Positions 52,850 to 63,252 of a DNA stretch of 64,000 nucleotides are shown here, in pieces. Where the stretch lies: assembly GCA_963662545.2 (NCBI GenBank), contig CAXXLL010000002.1, forward strand, positions 1,568,001-1,632,000, written 5' to 3'. The notes beneath the pieces are model-generated. The model was not told the DNA's origin, did not search any database, and worked only from the letters and a program-made list of their open reading frames with translations. Each line of letters opens with the position of its first letter. Position 1 is the first letter of the stretch. Source of the stretch: Gammaproteobacteria bacterium (GTDB taxonomy: Bacteria > Pseudomonadota > Gammaproteobacteria > Ga0077536). Position numbers and translations under genes: made by a program.

Positions 52850-53716
52850 ATGGCGCGCGTTGGAGTGATAAAGGAGATTTGGCGTTTTCCGGTGAAATCG
52901 ATGCAGGGCGACACAATCGAGCGCTGCAAGGTCACTCAAACCGGCGTCGCGGGTGACCGGTGCTGGGCGATGCGCGACGAGGGACGGGCGGAGATTACAT
53001 GGGGCAAGCGTTATCCGCAGCTCATGCTGTGCTCGGCGCGGTATCGCGCCGAGCCGAGCGATGATGCGATCACACCGGTCGTTATCACGTTCCCCGACGG
53101 GCAAACGATCGGCAGCGACGATGCGCGGGTCAACGCTAAACTGAGCGAATTGATCGAGCGTGATGCGACGTTGCGCGCAATCGAACCAGCTAGCAATCTC
53201 GAATTCTACAAGCGCCACAAACCGGACGAACAAGTATTCCTTGAGGAAATGACGGAGCTTTTCGCGCGCGAGCCGGGCGAACCGGTACCGGAGATGTCTC
53301 TGTTCCCAGAGGTGCTGATGGATCATGTCGCGGTCCCCGGCACTTTTTTCGACAATGAGGAGATCCATATGATCACCACGGCGTCGATGGACTACATGCG
53401 CAGGAAAAATCCCGGCGCGAACTGGGATATCCGGCGTTTTCGTCCGAACTTCTACATCGAGACCGACCCGGCGGTAACGGGCCTGGTCGAAAACGACTGG
53501 GTCGGCAAGACTCTGGCGATCGGCTCGGCAACCCTCGAGATCACCATGCCGACGGTGCGTTGCGGTATGACCGTAAGACCACAAGCCGATATCGAATATG
53601 ACAAATCGATATTGCGCACTGTGGTGAAGGAAGGCGACCAATGCCTTGGCGTTGGCGCCCATGTGCGCGTGCCCGGTGAAATCAAACAGGGCGACACGGT
53701 TGAACTGAACGACTAA
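52850..53716 (+). CDS. MOSC-domain protein
   Basis: WRFPVKSMQG, GDRCWA, RRFRPN, RC. Confidence 0.92.
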   Translation: MARVGVIKEIWRFPVKSMQGDTIERCKVTQTGVAGDRCWAMRDEGRAEITWGKRYPQLMLCSARYRAEPSDDAITPVVITFPDGQTIGSDDARVNAKLSELIERDATLRAIEPASNLEFYKRHKPDEQVFLEEMTELFAREPGEPVPEMSLFPEVLMDHVAVPGTFFDNEEIHMITTASMDYMRRKNPGANWDIRRFRPNFYIETDPAVTGLVENDWVGKTLAIGSATLEITMPTVRCGMTVRPQADIEYDKSILRTVVKEGDQCLGVGAHVRVPGEIKQGDTVELND

Positions 53717-53855
53717 CAATTGGACGCGCTGCGCCACTTGGCAGACAAAGAGCGGCGCAATGATATCGAATCACAGCGGCGTCGGAGCAACGCCTGTGTA
53801 ATATGTCGGAGACGGCTATCCGTCCCCGTTCGCACAACGAACTTGGAGAGCAGAT

Positions 53856-54563
53856 ATGGCGGAGCAAGCCCCCAAGAAAATCGACCTCGCAAGCGTCGAT
53901 CATGTTATGAAGACCACGCGCACGGTCCGTCTGCGCCTCGACCTCGAGCGATCCGTTCCGGAATCACTGATCGAAGAAGCGATCGAAGTGGCGCTCCAGG
54001 CACCGACCGGAGCGAATTCTCAGACCTGGCGCTTCGTCGTAGTCACGGATGAACATTTACGCTCGGGTATAGCTGACCTGTATCGCCAGGGGGCGGAGCG
54101 TTACCTGGCCGGTGAAACCGGAGTAACGCGCACCGGCGTGGCCGTCGATAAACAGTACCCTGACGACGACCCGCGTCAGCAAAGAATGCCTCTAATCGTC
54201 AAATCGGCGGTCCATTTAATAGAAAATCTGCACCGCGTCCCCGTACACATCATGCTTTTCCTGGAAAACCGCTTCGACCACGAAGATGTCTTTACCCAAG
54301 GCTCCATGTGGGGGTCCATTCTACCGGCGGCCTGGTCGTTGATGCTGGCGCTCCGCGCGCGCGGAGTTGCGTCGGCCTGGACGACATTCACTCTGATGTA
54401 TGAAAAAGAGATCCAGGAACTTCTCGGCGTTCCTGCGCATTACACGCAGGCGGTACTGCTACCGGTCGCCTGGCTCAAGGGTGGCGATTTAAGACCCGCG
54501 AAACGCTTCCCGGCGCGCGATGTGACGTTCTGGAACGGCTGGGATAAACAGCGCGCTGAATAG
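53856..54563 (+). CDS. Nitroreductase family protein
   Basis: TTRTVR, QAPTGANSQTWRFVVV, LALRARG. Confidence 0.9.
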   Translation: MAEQAPKKIDLASVDHVMKTTRTVRLRLDLERSVPESLIEEAIEVALQAPTGANSQTWRFVVVTDEHLRSGIADLYRQGAERYLAGETGVTRTGVAVDKQYPDDDPRQQRMPLIVKSAVHLIENLHRVPVHIMLFLENRFDHEDVFTQGSMWGSILPAAWSLMLALRARGVASAWTTFTLMYEKEIQELLGVPAHYTQAVLLPVAWLKGGDLRPAKRFPARDVTFWNGWDKQRAE

Positions 54564-54616
54564 CCGCTAATGGTTTGAGGTCAGAGTACAAGAACCTACA
54601 AGGTCTGCTTAGGGTC

Positions 54617-56301
54617 CAGAGTGTGTGAAAACTCGGAATGAAGAGGAATCACGTCGAGAACTCCTCGTCAGACGCAACGCGGCGCGGTTACGACGGCCGC
54701 GCTCGCGGTCCAATGCGATCGGTTAGTTAATGGAACATTCCTTAGAACGGCCCCAGAAGCCGGCAGTGAAGCCGTGGATCAGGGAGTTTTCGAGGCCACA
54801 GAGGGTCTCATGCCGTCATCGCTTCGATGAGCGTAGCGACACCCAGTAGATTCATCACGCGTTTCATGTTGTAAGCGAGCACGTGCAGACTCATTTCCGT
54901 ACCAACGTGTTTCAGCGTGCGCATCTGGAAGTGGGTCGAACCCATCCAGGATTTGATCGTGCCAAATGGATGCTCGACCGTCTCTCGGCGGACACGCATA
55001 GGGTCAGGTTCACGATCCAATCGCGCCTGCACCGCTTCAACAACCGCTTCATGTTCCCAACGGCTGACGCGCCGGTATCGACCCGTTGTGCATTTAGATT
55101 TGATCGGGCAGCGGGGACACGCCGAACTCCAGTAGCGCCGGATCTGCTTGCCTTTCTCCACTCGGGTGAACCGGTAAATCAGTCGCTCACCGGCCGGGCA
55201 TTCATACGCATCCTCTTCGGGTTGGTAAATGAAGTCGCGCTTGCCAAACAAGCCCTTCGCCTGGTTACCCGAGGTCTGCGGTTTCGGCAGATAGGTCGTG
55301 ATGCCGGCTTTAGCGCACGCCAAGATCTCTTCGCCACTGAAGTACCCGCGATCCGCAACGACGGTCAACTCCTTCTTATCCAGCGCCTCTTTGGCTTTCT
55401 CCGACATGTTCGACAGTTGCGCCCGGTCATGACCTACGTTCGTCACTTCATGTGCCACAATCAGATGACTCTTCGTGTCGACCGCCGTCTGCACGTTGTA
55501 CCCCACCATGCCGCTGCCACGGCCGCTCGTCGCCATCGAGCGCGCGTCCGGGTCCGTCAGTGAGACCTGATGGTCCGGCGTCTCCTCGAGCCGTACCTCG
55601 AGCTTTTTTAGGCGGCCTATCTCTTCCTTCAGTACCTCGATCTTGTCCTTCAAACGCTGCGACTTGTCACCTGACACCGCACGCTCCTGGCGGTCGGCAC
55701 TTGCAATTTCCGCCAGGTACCGCTCAACGCTCTCGTCAATCTGCTGCAACCGACGTTTCAGCTTCGCCTTCGTGAAGTTCCGGTCACGGTTGTTTACCGC
55801 TTTGAACTTGCTGCCATCTATCGCCACGAAGGCTTCCGAAAACAGCTGCAGCTTACGGCACAGCATCACGAACTCCCGGCATACCAGACGAATGGCGTCA
55901 CCGTTATCTTTGCGGAAATCGGCAATGGTCTTGAAATCAGGCGCCAGACGACCCGTCAGCCACATCAGTTCCACGTTCCGCTGCGCCTCCCGTTCCAGGC
56001 GACGGCTCGATTGAACCCGGTTCAGGTAACCGTAGATATAGAGCTTCAGCATCGTCGCCGGGTGATACCCCGGTCGACCCGTCTCATGCGCATCGGTTCT
56101 GAAACTCAGACCTGACAGATCCAACTCATCGACGAACACATCGATGACCCGCACCGCACTCTCCTCAGCGACATAATCGTCCAGACACTCGGGAAACAGC
56201 GTTGTTTGGCGGCGGTCCGCGCCTTCAATGAACCCGCTCATCAACGACTCCCCAGGACCGAAAGAGTGATCTTATCTGATGCAGAGTTTTCACACACTCT
56301 G
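54617..56301 (-). mobile_element. IS1182-family insertion sequence
   Basis: Perfect 18-bp IRs CAGAGTGTGTGAAAACTC; 4-bp target duplication GGTC; inserted within the composite repeat. Confidence 0.95.
54808..56244 (-). CDS. IS1182-family transposase
   Basis: SSRRLE, PDFKTIADFRKDN, IDGSK, TDPDA, GYNVQ, ADRGY, VEHPFGTIK. Confidence 0.95.
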   Translation of the reverse strand: MMSGFIEGADRRQTTLFPECLDDYVAEESAVRVIDVFVDELDLSGLSFRTDAHETGRPGYHPATMLKLYIYGYLNRVQSSRRLEREAQRNVELMWLTGRLAPDFKTIADFRKDNGDAIRLVCREFVMLCRKLQLFSEAFVAIDGSKFKAVNNRDRNFTKAKLKRRLQQIDESVERYLAEIASADRQERAVSGDKSQRLKDKIEVLKEEIGRLKKLEVRLEETPDHQVSLTDPDARSMATSGRGSGMVGYNVQTAVDTKSHLIVAHEVTNVGHDRAQLSNMSEKAKEALDKKELTVVADRGYFSGEEILACAKAGITTYLPKPQTSGNQAKGLFGKRDFIYQPEEDAYECPAGERLIYRFTRVEKGKQIRRYWSSACPRCPIKSKCTTGRYRRVSRWEHEAVVEAVQARLDREPDPMRVRRETVEHPFGTIKSWMGSTHFQMRTLKHVGTEMSLHVLAYNMKRVMNLLGVATLIEAMTA

Positions 56302-56305
56302 GGTC

Positions 56306-56373
56306 GTGAGCTGCCTCCTCGCGGCAGTGCAGCACTGCTCTAAATTACGTCTGCAATGCGCTCGTAAGCGGTC
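56306..56373 (+). repeat. Composite repeat copy 2 (left part at 54603-54616, split by IS1182)
   Basis: GCGGCAGTGCAGCACTGCTCTAAATTACGTCTGCAATGCGCTCGTAAGCGGTC. Confidence 0.9.
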
Positions 56374-56577
56374 GTCAAACAACGTTCGGCTGCGTGACCA
56401 TAGTGCAGGGCTGCAGTCGGCCACAAGCGGTCCTCAAACTCCCGCGGCATAGCACTCCGGTTACCACGAATTGACTTGGTAGAAGTGCAAAGTGGTAGGC
56501 TGGCTTCCCGCGCGGTATGGTTGCCCTGAAGCGCGCTTCCGGCTGTTATCTGCTCAGCGAGAAAGGGCTCATCCACT

Positions 56578-58278
56578 GTGAAGTTTTCGGAAATCATCGA
56601 CCAAGCCAGCGACTTACTCCAGCGTAAGCGGCGGTTGTCGTATCGTGCCTTAAAGCGGGAGTTCGGTCTTGACAATGAAGCGCTCGAAGACCTGAAAGAA
56701 GAACTGATTGAAGCCCGCGGCGCGGCGGTCGATGAGAACGGGCGAATCTTGGTCTGGACGGGCACAGAGGTTCGTTCACCGGAGTCCCCGGCCGCCGCTA
56801 CTGCCACTCAGCCCAGCGCGCGGGCGACACCCGTGCCGGCCGACCCACCGCTGCCCGCAGGTGAACGTCGGCAACTCACGGTGATGTTCTGTGACATGGT
56901 TGGCTCGACCACGCTGTCCGAACAACTCGATCCCGAAGACCTGCATACCATCGTGCGCACCTACCAGGCGGCGTGTCGGGAGTTCATTGAGCACTACGAG
57001 GGGTATATCGCCCAATACCTGGGCGACGGCATTTTGGTCTACTTTGGCTACCCGGCGGCGCATGAAGACGATGCTGTCCGCGGGGTTCAAGCGGGCTTGG
57101 ATATCTTGGACCAACTCCAACGCTTGAACCCCGCCCAACCAATCCAAATTCGGATTGGCATCCATACCGGCCCGGTGGTCATCGGCGCGGTCGGGGACGG
57201 CGAGCAAACCGAGCAACTGGCCTTGGGAGAAACACCGAATCTTGCCGCACGCGTGCAAGGGAAAGCCGCAGCCAACACGCTCGTCATTAGCCGGGATACT
57301 TACCGCTTGGTCCAAGGACTCTTTGCGTGTGAAGACCTCGGCTCGCAGGAGTTGAAGGGTTTCTCTGCCCCACTCACGCTCTATCAAGTCACCGGGAAAG
57401 GAGAGGCGCAGAGCCGGTTTGACGTCTCCGTGCAGCAGGGCCTCACGCCCTTCATTGGTCGAGAAGAAGAACTCGAGCTGCTCTTGCGGCGGTGGGAACG
57501 CGCCAAAGAGGGTGACGGCCAAGTAGTGATGCTCAGTGGTGAGGCCGGTATTGGAAAATCCCGTCTCGTCCAGGTGCTGAGAGAAAAAATTACTCACGAA
57601 GACCAATTCGGGACATTCTTTCTCTGTTCGCCCTTTTATCAGAATAGTACGTTGTATCCGGTGATCGGCCAGCTACAGCGCGTCTTGCAATTCACCGAGG
57701 ACGACTCCCCGACCGCCAAATTCACCAAACTCATTCAAGCGCTTGAACCGGTGGCGATGACAGACCCCGAGACTCTTGCGCTCTTTGCGGCCTTACTCTC
57801 AATCCCGCTCCCCGACGACCACCCGCCCTTAGAACTCAGTCCCCAGAAGCAAAAAGAAAAGACCCTGCGAGCGCTAGTGACCTGGCTGCATAAGATAGCT
57901 GCTCAGCAACCCGTCCGGGTGACGGTTGAAGATCTACACTGGGTCGATCCGTCGACCTTAGAATTCCTTGGTCTCCTCATCGAGGAGGCGCCCGATGCTC
58001 GGATGCTGGTCCTGCTTACCTTCCGCCCGGAGTTCACACCGCCGTGGCCGTCGCAGGCGCATGTCCTCGCGATGCACTTGAGCCGGCTGTCTCCGCGCCG
58101 TATCGCCGAGGTGGTGGAACGGGTCGCAGGCAAGCCGCTGCCACACGACATTGTTCAGCAACTCATTACCAAGTCGGATGGCGTGCCGCTGTACATCGAG
58201 GAGATGACCAAGAATCTGCTGGAGTCGGGGCTGCTGACCGAGACGGACAGGCAGTATGAGTTAACCGGCCGGTACTGA
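56578..58278 (+). pseudogene. Class III adenylate/guanylate cyclase + AAA ATPase protein, C-terminally truncated by IS6
   Basis: ERRQLTVMFCDMVGST, YLGDG, RIGIHTG, NLAAR, GEAGIGKS, EDLHW, DGVPLYIEE; the stop codon lies inside the IS6 IR. Confidence 0.88.
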
Positions 58279-59059
58279 CAAGTTAAACGACTTTAAGTGA
58301 CAATTCCTGGATGAATCAATCATCCAGCCTCTACAAACGTCACAGATATCCACCTGCGATCATTCAATATGCTGTCTGGCTCTACCATCGATTCAATCTC
58401 AGCCACCGCGATATCGAAGATCTTCTGGCTGAACGTGGTATTGAAGTCAGTTATGAATCTGTTCGGTTGTGGTGCAACAAGTTTGGGCCGAAATACGCCA
58501 GGCGTCTGAAGCGTCGACACCAAGGATTCGGGGATACGTTCTTTATCGATGAAGTCTTCGTCAAGATCCGCGGCATCCAGCACTATTTGTGGCGCGCCGT
58601 CGATCAGGATGGAGAAATAGTCGATGTTTTCCTGCAGCGACGGCGTGACGGAGCGGCCGCTAAGCGCTTCTTCAAACGCGTATTGAAAAACCACCGATCT
58701 GAACCGAGAAAGATAGTGACGGATAAATTGAGAAGCTACGGTGTGGCCCACCGGGGCATGATCCCCAATACAACCCACGACACAGCGCAATACGCTAACA
58801 ATCGCGCCGAGCTTTCCCATCAGCCAACCCGTGTAAGAGAACGGGGCATGCGGCGCTTCAAATCGATGAAACAAGCCCAGCGCTTTTTGACAGTTCACGC
58901 GGCCGTCTACAATTTATTCAACCTTGGTCGTCACCTTGTTTCAGCGAAGACTTATCGGTTTTTTCGAATGCGTGCCTTTGCGCTTTGGGAGCAAGTTGCT
59001 GCGTAAAAGACAGATTCTGGTCAAGTACGTCCAGACAGAGAACTTAACTTGTCAGTACC
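58271..59059 (+). mobile_element. IS6-family insertion sequence
   Basis: Perfect 16-bp IRs GGTACTGACAAGTTAA; no target duplication. Confidence 0.95.
58311..59006 (+). CDS. IS6-family transposase
   Basis: YKRHRYP, IDEVFV, LWRAVDQDG, VTDKL, NNRAELSHQPTR. Confidence 0.95.
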   Translation: MNQSSSLYKRHRYPPAIIQYAVWLYHRFNLSHRDIEDLLAERGIEVSYESVRLWCNKFGPKYARRLKRRHQGFGDTFFIDEVFVKIRGIQHYLWRAVDQDGEIVDVFLQRRRDGAAAKRFFKRVLKNHRSEPRKIVTDKLRSYGVAHRGMIPNTTHDTAQYANNRAELSHQPTRVRERGMRRFKSMKQAQRFLTVHAAVYNLFNLGRHLVSAKTYRFFRMRAFALWEQVAA

Positions 59060-59170
59060 CTCGTAAGCGGTCGTCGAAGCGCCGTAGGCGCCATGCAGAA
59101 CCCCGACTTCAGCAGTCGGCCAACACCGGACGCCGCTGCTATGATTCCCGCAAGTGGCGGCGCGGCGACG

Positions 59171-60691
59171 TTAAACCATACTCAGGTAGTCATAAAACAG
59201 GTCCGCCGGATCGTAAGTGGCGCGCAATGCGCGCAAGCGCGCCCACGTCTCTGGCGTGTAGCATTGCTGGGCGACATCGGCCTCCTTGGTGAGATCCGTT
59301 TCGCCGACATAGCGGCCTATTTTGTGCGGGTCGAGTAATGCTGTCGCGCCGGCATGCCAGGCACGATTCGTGTCATCGTCAGCCGCATCCGTCCATAGCG
59401 TGTTGTTGTACACGAGATAGCGCCCAAGCCACGAGTATGACGTTGCATTCAATTCGAAAGCCGGGTGGAAACAAACCGCTAGAATGTGGGACATCGGCGA
59501 CGGCGCGCTGGCGTAATGCGCGGGGCTGCCGGTGAGCATTGTCCGGAGCGGTACGTTCGACCAGACGTTGTCCACCACGCAGCGGTGACCGCCCGGCAGC
59601 GTCGCGCCGAGTGTGCCTAAAAACGTGTCGAGATCGGTTGGGACATTCACCGAGGATGACACGGCCCGGCTCACGCGCGGATCGGAATTCAGGGGCTTGA
59701 GTGCCGTCTCCGCGTCGGCCACGGAATCGGAATAGGCGATCGCCATTACAACCCCGACGGTTTCGTTGTCGGCGGCCAGTTCGGGCGGCGGCGCGCCAAT
59801 GGACAGGATCAACAACACATCCCGCGACATCGTGGCCGAGAGGCCGTCCACCAATTCACTCGCCGTACCGATCGCGGATCCGGGAAACACATAGGTGCTC
59901 ATGGTGATCGCGCGTGGGAGAGGGTGAAGCTTCAAGTGATAGCGGGTCGCCACGGCGAAAAATCCTGGACCTGCGCCGCGCGCGGCCCAGAACAAATCCG
60001 CGTGTTCTCCGCTACTCACAGTTAGTTCGCGACCATCGGCGAGCACGAGATCGATGGCGAGGACATTGCTGCACGCGGTGCCCCAACGATTGAAGTTCAG
60101 GCCGTTGCCGCCGTTGAGCAGAAATCCGCTCATGGGGACGGTCGGACAATGGGCGACCGGAAACGCGAGACCGTGCTCGGCCGCCTGCTGGATCAGTTCG
60201 GCGCCCTGAATCGCCGGCCCGATGGTCGCGGTCGCCTGCGCCGCGTCGATTGTGAGCGACCGCATGTGTGACAGGTCGAGAAGAACGCCGCCTTGGCGCA
60301 GTGACGACGCACACCAACTGTGCCCACCTCCTCGCACCGCGACCTGGCGACCCTGCTCGCGGGCCAAGCGCAGTGTGGCGACCACATCGGCTTGTGATTT
60401 AGCCATCACGATGACTTCAGGGCGCCGCTCCGGGAGCATGCGATTCCAGCTGATGCCACGCATGGGCTCGAAACGTTTGTTGTCGGGCAACAGCAGATCG
60501 CCTTCGAGGGTGTCCGCGAGGGCGTGTAAGGCCTTCGCGGTGCGTTCAGCGTCGAAGGCGGCCGGCTGCGCGGCCCAGCTCGACGCGGTGGTTGCGATCA
60601 GGGCAGCCGTCGCCACGCAATACTCCAGGAACTCGCGGCGCGGTATTGATACAGACTCTTGCCCCTTGTGCATGTCGATCCCCTTGTGCAT
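59171..60691 (-). CDS. Tat-exported FAD-binding oxidase (berberine-bridge/VAO family)
   Basis: PRREFL twin-arginine signal; VRGGGHS, DLFWAARG, YDPADLF; start may be 60673. Confidence 0.9.
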   Translation of the reverse strand: MHKGIDMHKGQESVSIPRREFLEYCVATAALIATTASSWAAQPAAFDAERTAKALHALADTLEGDLLLPDNKRFEPMRGISWNRMLPERRPEVIVMAKSQADVVATLRLAREQGRQVAVRGGGHSWCASSLRQGGVLLDLSHMRSLTIDAAQATATIGPAIQGAELIQQAAEHGLAFPVAHCPTVPMSGFLLNGGNGLNFNRWGTACSNVLAIDLVLADGRELTVSSGEHADLFWAARGAGPGFFAVATRYHLKLHPLPRAITMSTYVFPGSAIGTASELVDGLSATMSRDVLLILSIGAPPPELAADNETVGVVMAIAYSDSVADAETALKPLNSDPRVSRAVSSSVNVPTDLDTFLGTLGATLPGGHRCVVDNVWSNVPLRTMLTGSPAHYASAPSPMSHILAVCFHPAFELNATSYSWLGRYLVYNNTLWTDAADDDTNRAWHAGATALLDPHKIGRYVGETDLTKEADVAQQCYTPETWARLRALRATYDPADLFYDYLSMV

Positions 60692-60734
60692 GTCGATCGT
60701 TAGCGGGCGCAGTCTAGTTCAGATGTGCGTCGAT

Positions 60735-60816
60735 GTCCGCTCAGGATCGTCAGCGGCCTGATCGCGGCAGCGCAGCACTGTTCTAGATTACGTCTGCAAT
60801 GCGCTCGTAAGCGGAC
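60735..60816 (+). repeat. 82-bp composite repeat, copy 3
   Basis: GTCCGCTCAGGATCGTCAGCGGCC...GTCTGCAATGCGCTCGTAAGCGGAC. Confidence 0.9.
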
Positions 60817-61009
60817 TCGAGCGGCTTTGAACCCACCTTCTCGGCGGTCGCCGCAGCACCCATTATTAATGCTGTGCGTTCGCTACAGTTTCCTAAAATT
60901 ACCGTTAAATAAAATCGAAGGGCTTACAAAACACATGTCCTTGTTTATATTCATAGCAGGGTATTTCTGCCCGTACATTAACTGATAGACCGACAAGGGG
61001 AGAACCGTC

Positions 61010-61510
61010 GTGAAGCACTTCAGCGCAATGGTTTTGGGCCTTCTGCTAAACGGCGGGCTGTGGGCCGGGGACGACGGAATTCGCACGTTCGACTTACCGC
61101 AAGGGATAACCGTATCGATTCCAGACGGCTGGGTGCTAATTGGCGAAAATCAACTGCGGGCCTACGAGCGAAAACGGGACGCCTTAGTTGGGGACTATGC
61201 GAGCGCGACTGGCGCCCAGGCACATGTGCCTTTCCAAGCGCTGAAACGCACGTCCCAATCGAGCACCGGAGCCATGATGACAGTCATGCCCGGTGAAGCC
61301 ACCCAAGATGAGATCGCACAGTGGGCAGAAGAGGACGGCAGGATCGAGGAGCTTGGTCGATTGCTTGGACAGGCACAGAATCAGGGTCTAGCGGCCGCCG
61401 GTGCGACCGATATTCAAATTGGTCCTGCTGAACTTCTCGACCTGATAATTCAACAACGTTACTCTCTCTCATGGTGGCGTATCCTCTTTGGTTGGCTTGC
61501 TGCTTGGTAA
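61010..61510 (+). CDS. Hypothetical secreted protein, probably truncated near 61435
   Basis: RBS GGGGAG, signal peptide, SIPDGW; the tail runs into AT-rich IS-like sequence. Confidence 0.5.
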   Translation: MKHFSAMVLGLLLNGGLWAGDDGIRTFDLPQGITVSIPDGWVLIGENQLRAYERKRDALVGDYASATGAQAHVPFQALKRTSQSSTGAMMTVMPGEATQDEIAQWAEEDGRIEELGRLLGQAQNQGLAAAGATDIQIGPAELLDLIIQQRYSLSWWRILFGWLAAW

Positions 61511-61575
61511 CAACATTTCAACCAGATACGCCGCCTTTATTCAATTCACTCAAACACCAGATTCAGTTATAACTC
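61430..61575 (-). mobile_element. Probable IS256-family left-end remnant
   Basis: GAGTTATAACTGAATCTGGTG end; GGCGGCGTATC...GATACGCCACC hairpin before ATG of MRESNVVEL; family assigned from recalled resemblance only. Confidence 0.45.
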
Positions 61576-61690
61576 TAGCAGAATGACTGAGCGGCCTAAC
61601 ACCTATGAGGCCCTCGCACATCAAGGGCAATAAGCGCCCGTCGTATAAGATTCGATAGAAATGGTTTTCGAATAGCGCGAGATCTAATCG

Positions 61691-62020
61691 TTGGTCAACT
61701 GCCGCAAATGTGGAAAGAGGTTACCGTTCCGTAGTTTTCTGTTTCCCCCAGGTCTTTCTGTTGCGGATGTGAAATGCCCTTCCTGCCATCTCGTGATGCG
61801 TGCCGGTCGGCGGAGTAAACAAACGATCTGGTTAGGACTACTCATAGGCGGCATCCTCGGTGCGGTTGGTGCACATTGGGCCTACCAGGTTCAGGGCTGG
61901 AGTCGCGGTTCAAGTGCCGGGGTTATATTGGCCGTTGCGATCATGGTTGGCGCGGCGTTGACATGCTATGCGTGGATCAAAAACGACTACGAGGCGAATA
62001 CGGACTCGGCCCGCGAGTAG
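61691..62020 (+). CDS. Small zinc-ribbon membrane protein
   Basis: CRKC and CPSC plus two TM helices. Confidence 0.6.
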   Translation: MVNCRKCGKRLPFRSFLFPPGLSVADVKCPSCHLVMRAGRRSKQTIWLGLLIGGILGAVGAHWAYQVQGWSRGSSAGVILAVAIMVGAALTCYAWIKNDYEANTDSARE

Positions 62021-62091
62021 AGATTTAATCCCTCCAAAAACCATTACAACTTCCCGCCTCAAATTCCGTATACCGACAGCGTTGTTGCAAT

Positions 62092-62116
62092 AAAAAACCG
62101 CCCGAAGGCGGCCTTT
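62092..62116 (-). terminator. Intrinsic terminator (minus strand)
   Basis: AAAAAA-CCGCC-CGAA-GGCGG downstream of the PEP-CTERM remnant. Confidence 0.7.
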
Positions 62117-62137
62117 CATGAAGCGATAGGGTTGCTG

Positions 62138-62215
62138 TTAAGCTGCTTTACGCCTTTGGAAACCCAATCCCGCTACAGCTAATCCCATTGAAGCAAGCGT
62201 GGTGGGTTCGGGCAC
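62138..62215 (-). pseudogene. Orphan PEP-CTERM sorting-signal fragment
   Basis: Translates VPEPTTLASMGLAVAGLGFQRRKAA-stop; an in-frame stop lies 12 codons upstream. Confidence 0.75.
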
Positions 62216-62288
62216 ATGTAGAATTAAAGGGTCGGTGACAACGGAGAATCATTTGCTTTCTCATTTGTCAGCGGCCCCTTTTTCTGAT

Positions 62289-63137
62289 CTACAATCGGAG
62301 GCGAAAAAAGTGGTTCTGCAGTCGGGGCCAGTTAAGCCCGATTGCAGAAACCAACCACGGCACCAGCCGAAAGGTGAGCGGAGCTGCGCACCGCAACGCC
62401 CACCAGGTCAGGGCGCCGAGGGCAGGAGACTCCGCGGGCAAGAACGGCAGTGTGCGGCGGCGAAGTTCGACGAGCTCGACCGCGACTTCCATGGCCGTAT
62501 AGGCGCGGTTCCGACGCACGTCTGGGGAGAAGAAGCCGGCAGCCTGGAACAACTTCCGGTAGAGAGGCACACTGCGATAGACCGCCTGGTACTCGCCTTG
62601 GGAGGCGGTGCTCCCCCTTGGGATCGTGCTCTCCCGTAGGATCACGGAGCCCCCGGTCTCAAGCTTTGCTCCCAGTGTGCGAAGTAGCGCGATCACGTCG
62701 GCATCGTTCAGATACATGCAGAGCCCTCCCAGAAAGATCAGGTCGAAAGGCCCCTCGGGGAGCCGCGCTCGCGCGTCTCCTTGCTGAATTTCGACGTGGG
62801 CCTGCCCCGCCAGCCGAGCCCTGGCGCAGCGCACCATGGATGCGCTCCGCTCAACGCCGATCGCCGTTCCGCACCGTCTCGCGAAGATCTCGGTCCAGGT
62901 ACCGGCGCCGCAGCCGAGATCGAGTACCTTTCCGTCCGCCGGCATCTCGGCCAACCAATCCGTGATGGTGGCTACCTCGCCGCGGAGTCGGTAGCGAACC
63001 GAGTCGGGCGGCAGGTTTTGCGCGTGCGCCATGTAACTGGCCGAAACCGCGGCGTCGGTGGTTATCCCCTCGAAATATTGCTGAACGGCGTCGTCGTCGA
63101 TCTGCTGGCCAGCGATGTCTGGACCGGTGTCGTTCAT
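62289..63137 (-). CDS. Class I SAM-dependent methyltransferase
   Basis: VLDLGCGAG, GVERS, FDLIFLGGLCMYLND, GGSVILRE. Confidence 0.88.
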   Translation of the reverse strand: MNDTGPDIAGQQIDDDAVQQYFEGITTDAAVSASYMAHAQNLPPDSVRYRLRGEVATITDWLAEMPADGKVLDLGCGAGTWTEIFARRCGTAIGVERSASMVRCARARLAGQAHVEIQQGDARARLPEGPFDLIFLGGLCMYLNDADVIALLRTLGAKLETGGSVILRESTIPRGSTASQGEYQAVYRSVPLYRKLFQAAGFFSPDVRRNRAYTAMEVAVELVELRRRTLPFLPAESPALGALTWWALRCAAPLTFRLVPWLVSAIGLNWPRLQNHFFRLRL

Positions 63138-63252
63138 GGCCTCGATGATACTCGCAGTGACCTTTCCCCAAAAAAAAGAATGTAGGAGAGTACCGGAATA
63201 TATGATCAGTGTTGGAATGAAAACGCCACCTAACAAGCGTTCGAGCGGACGT

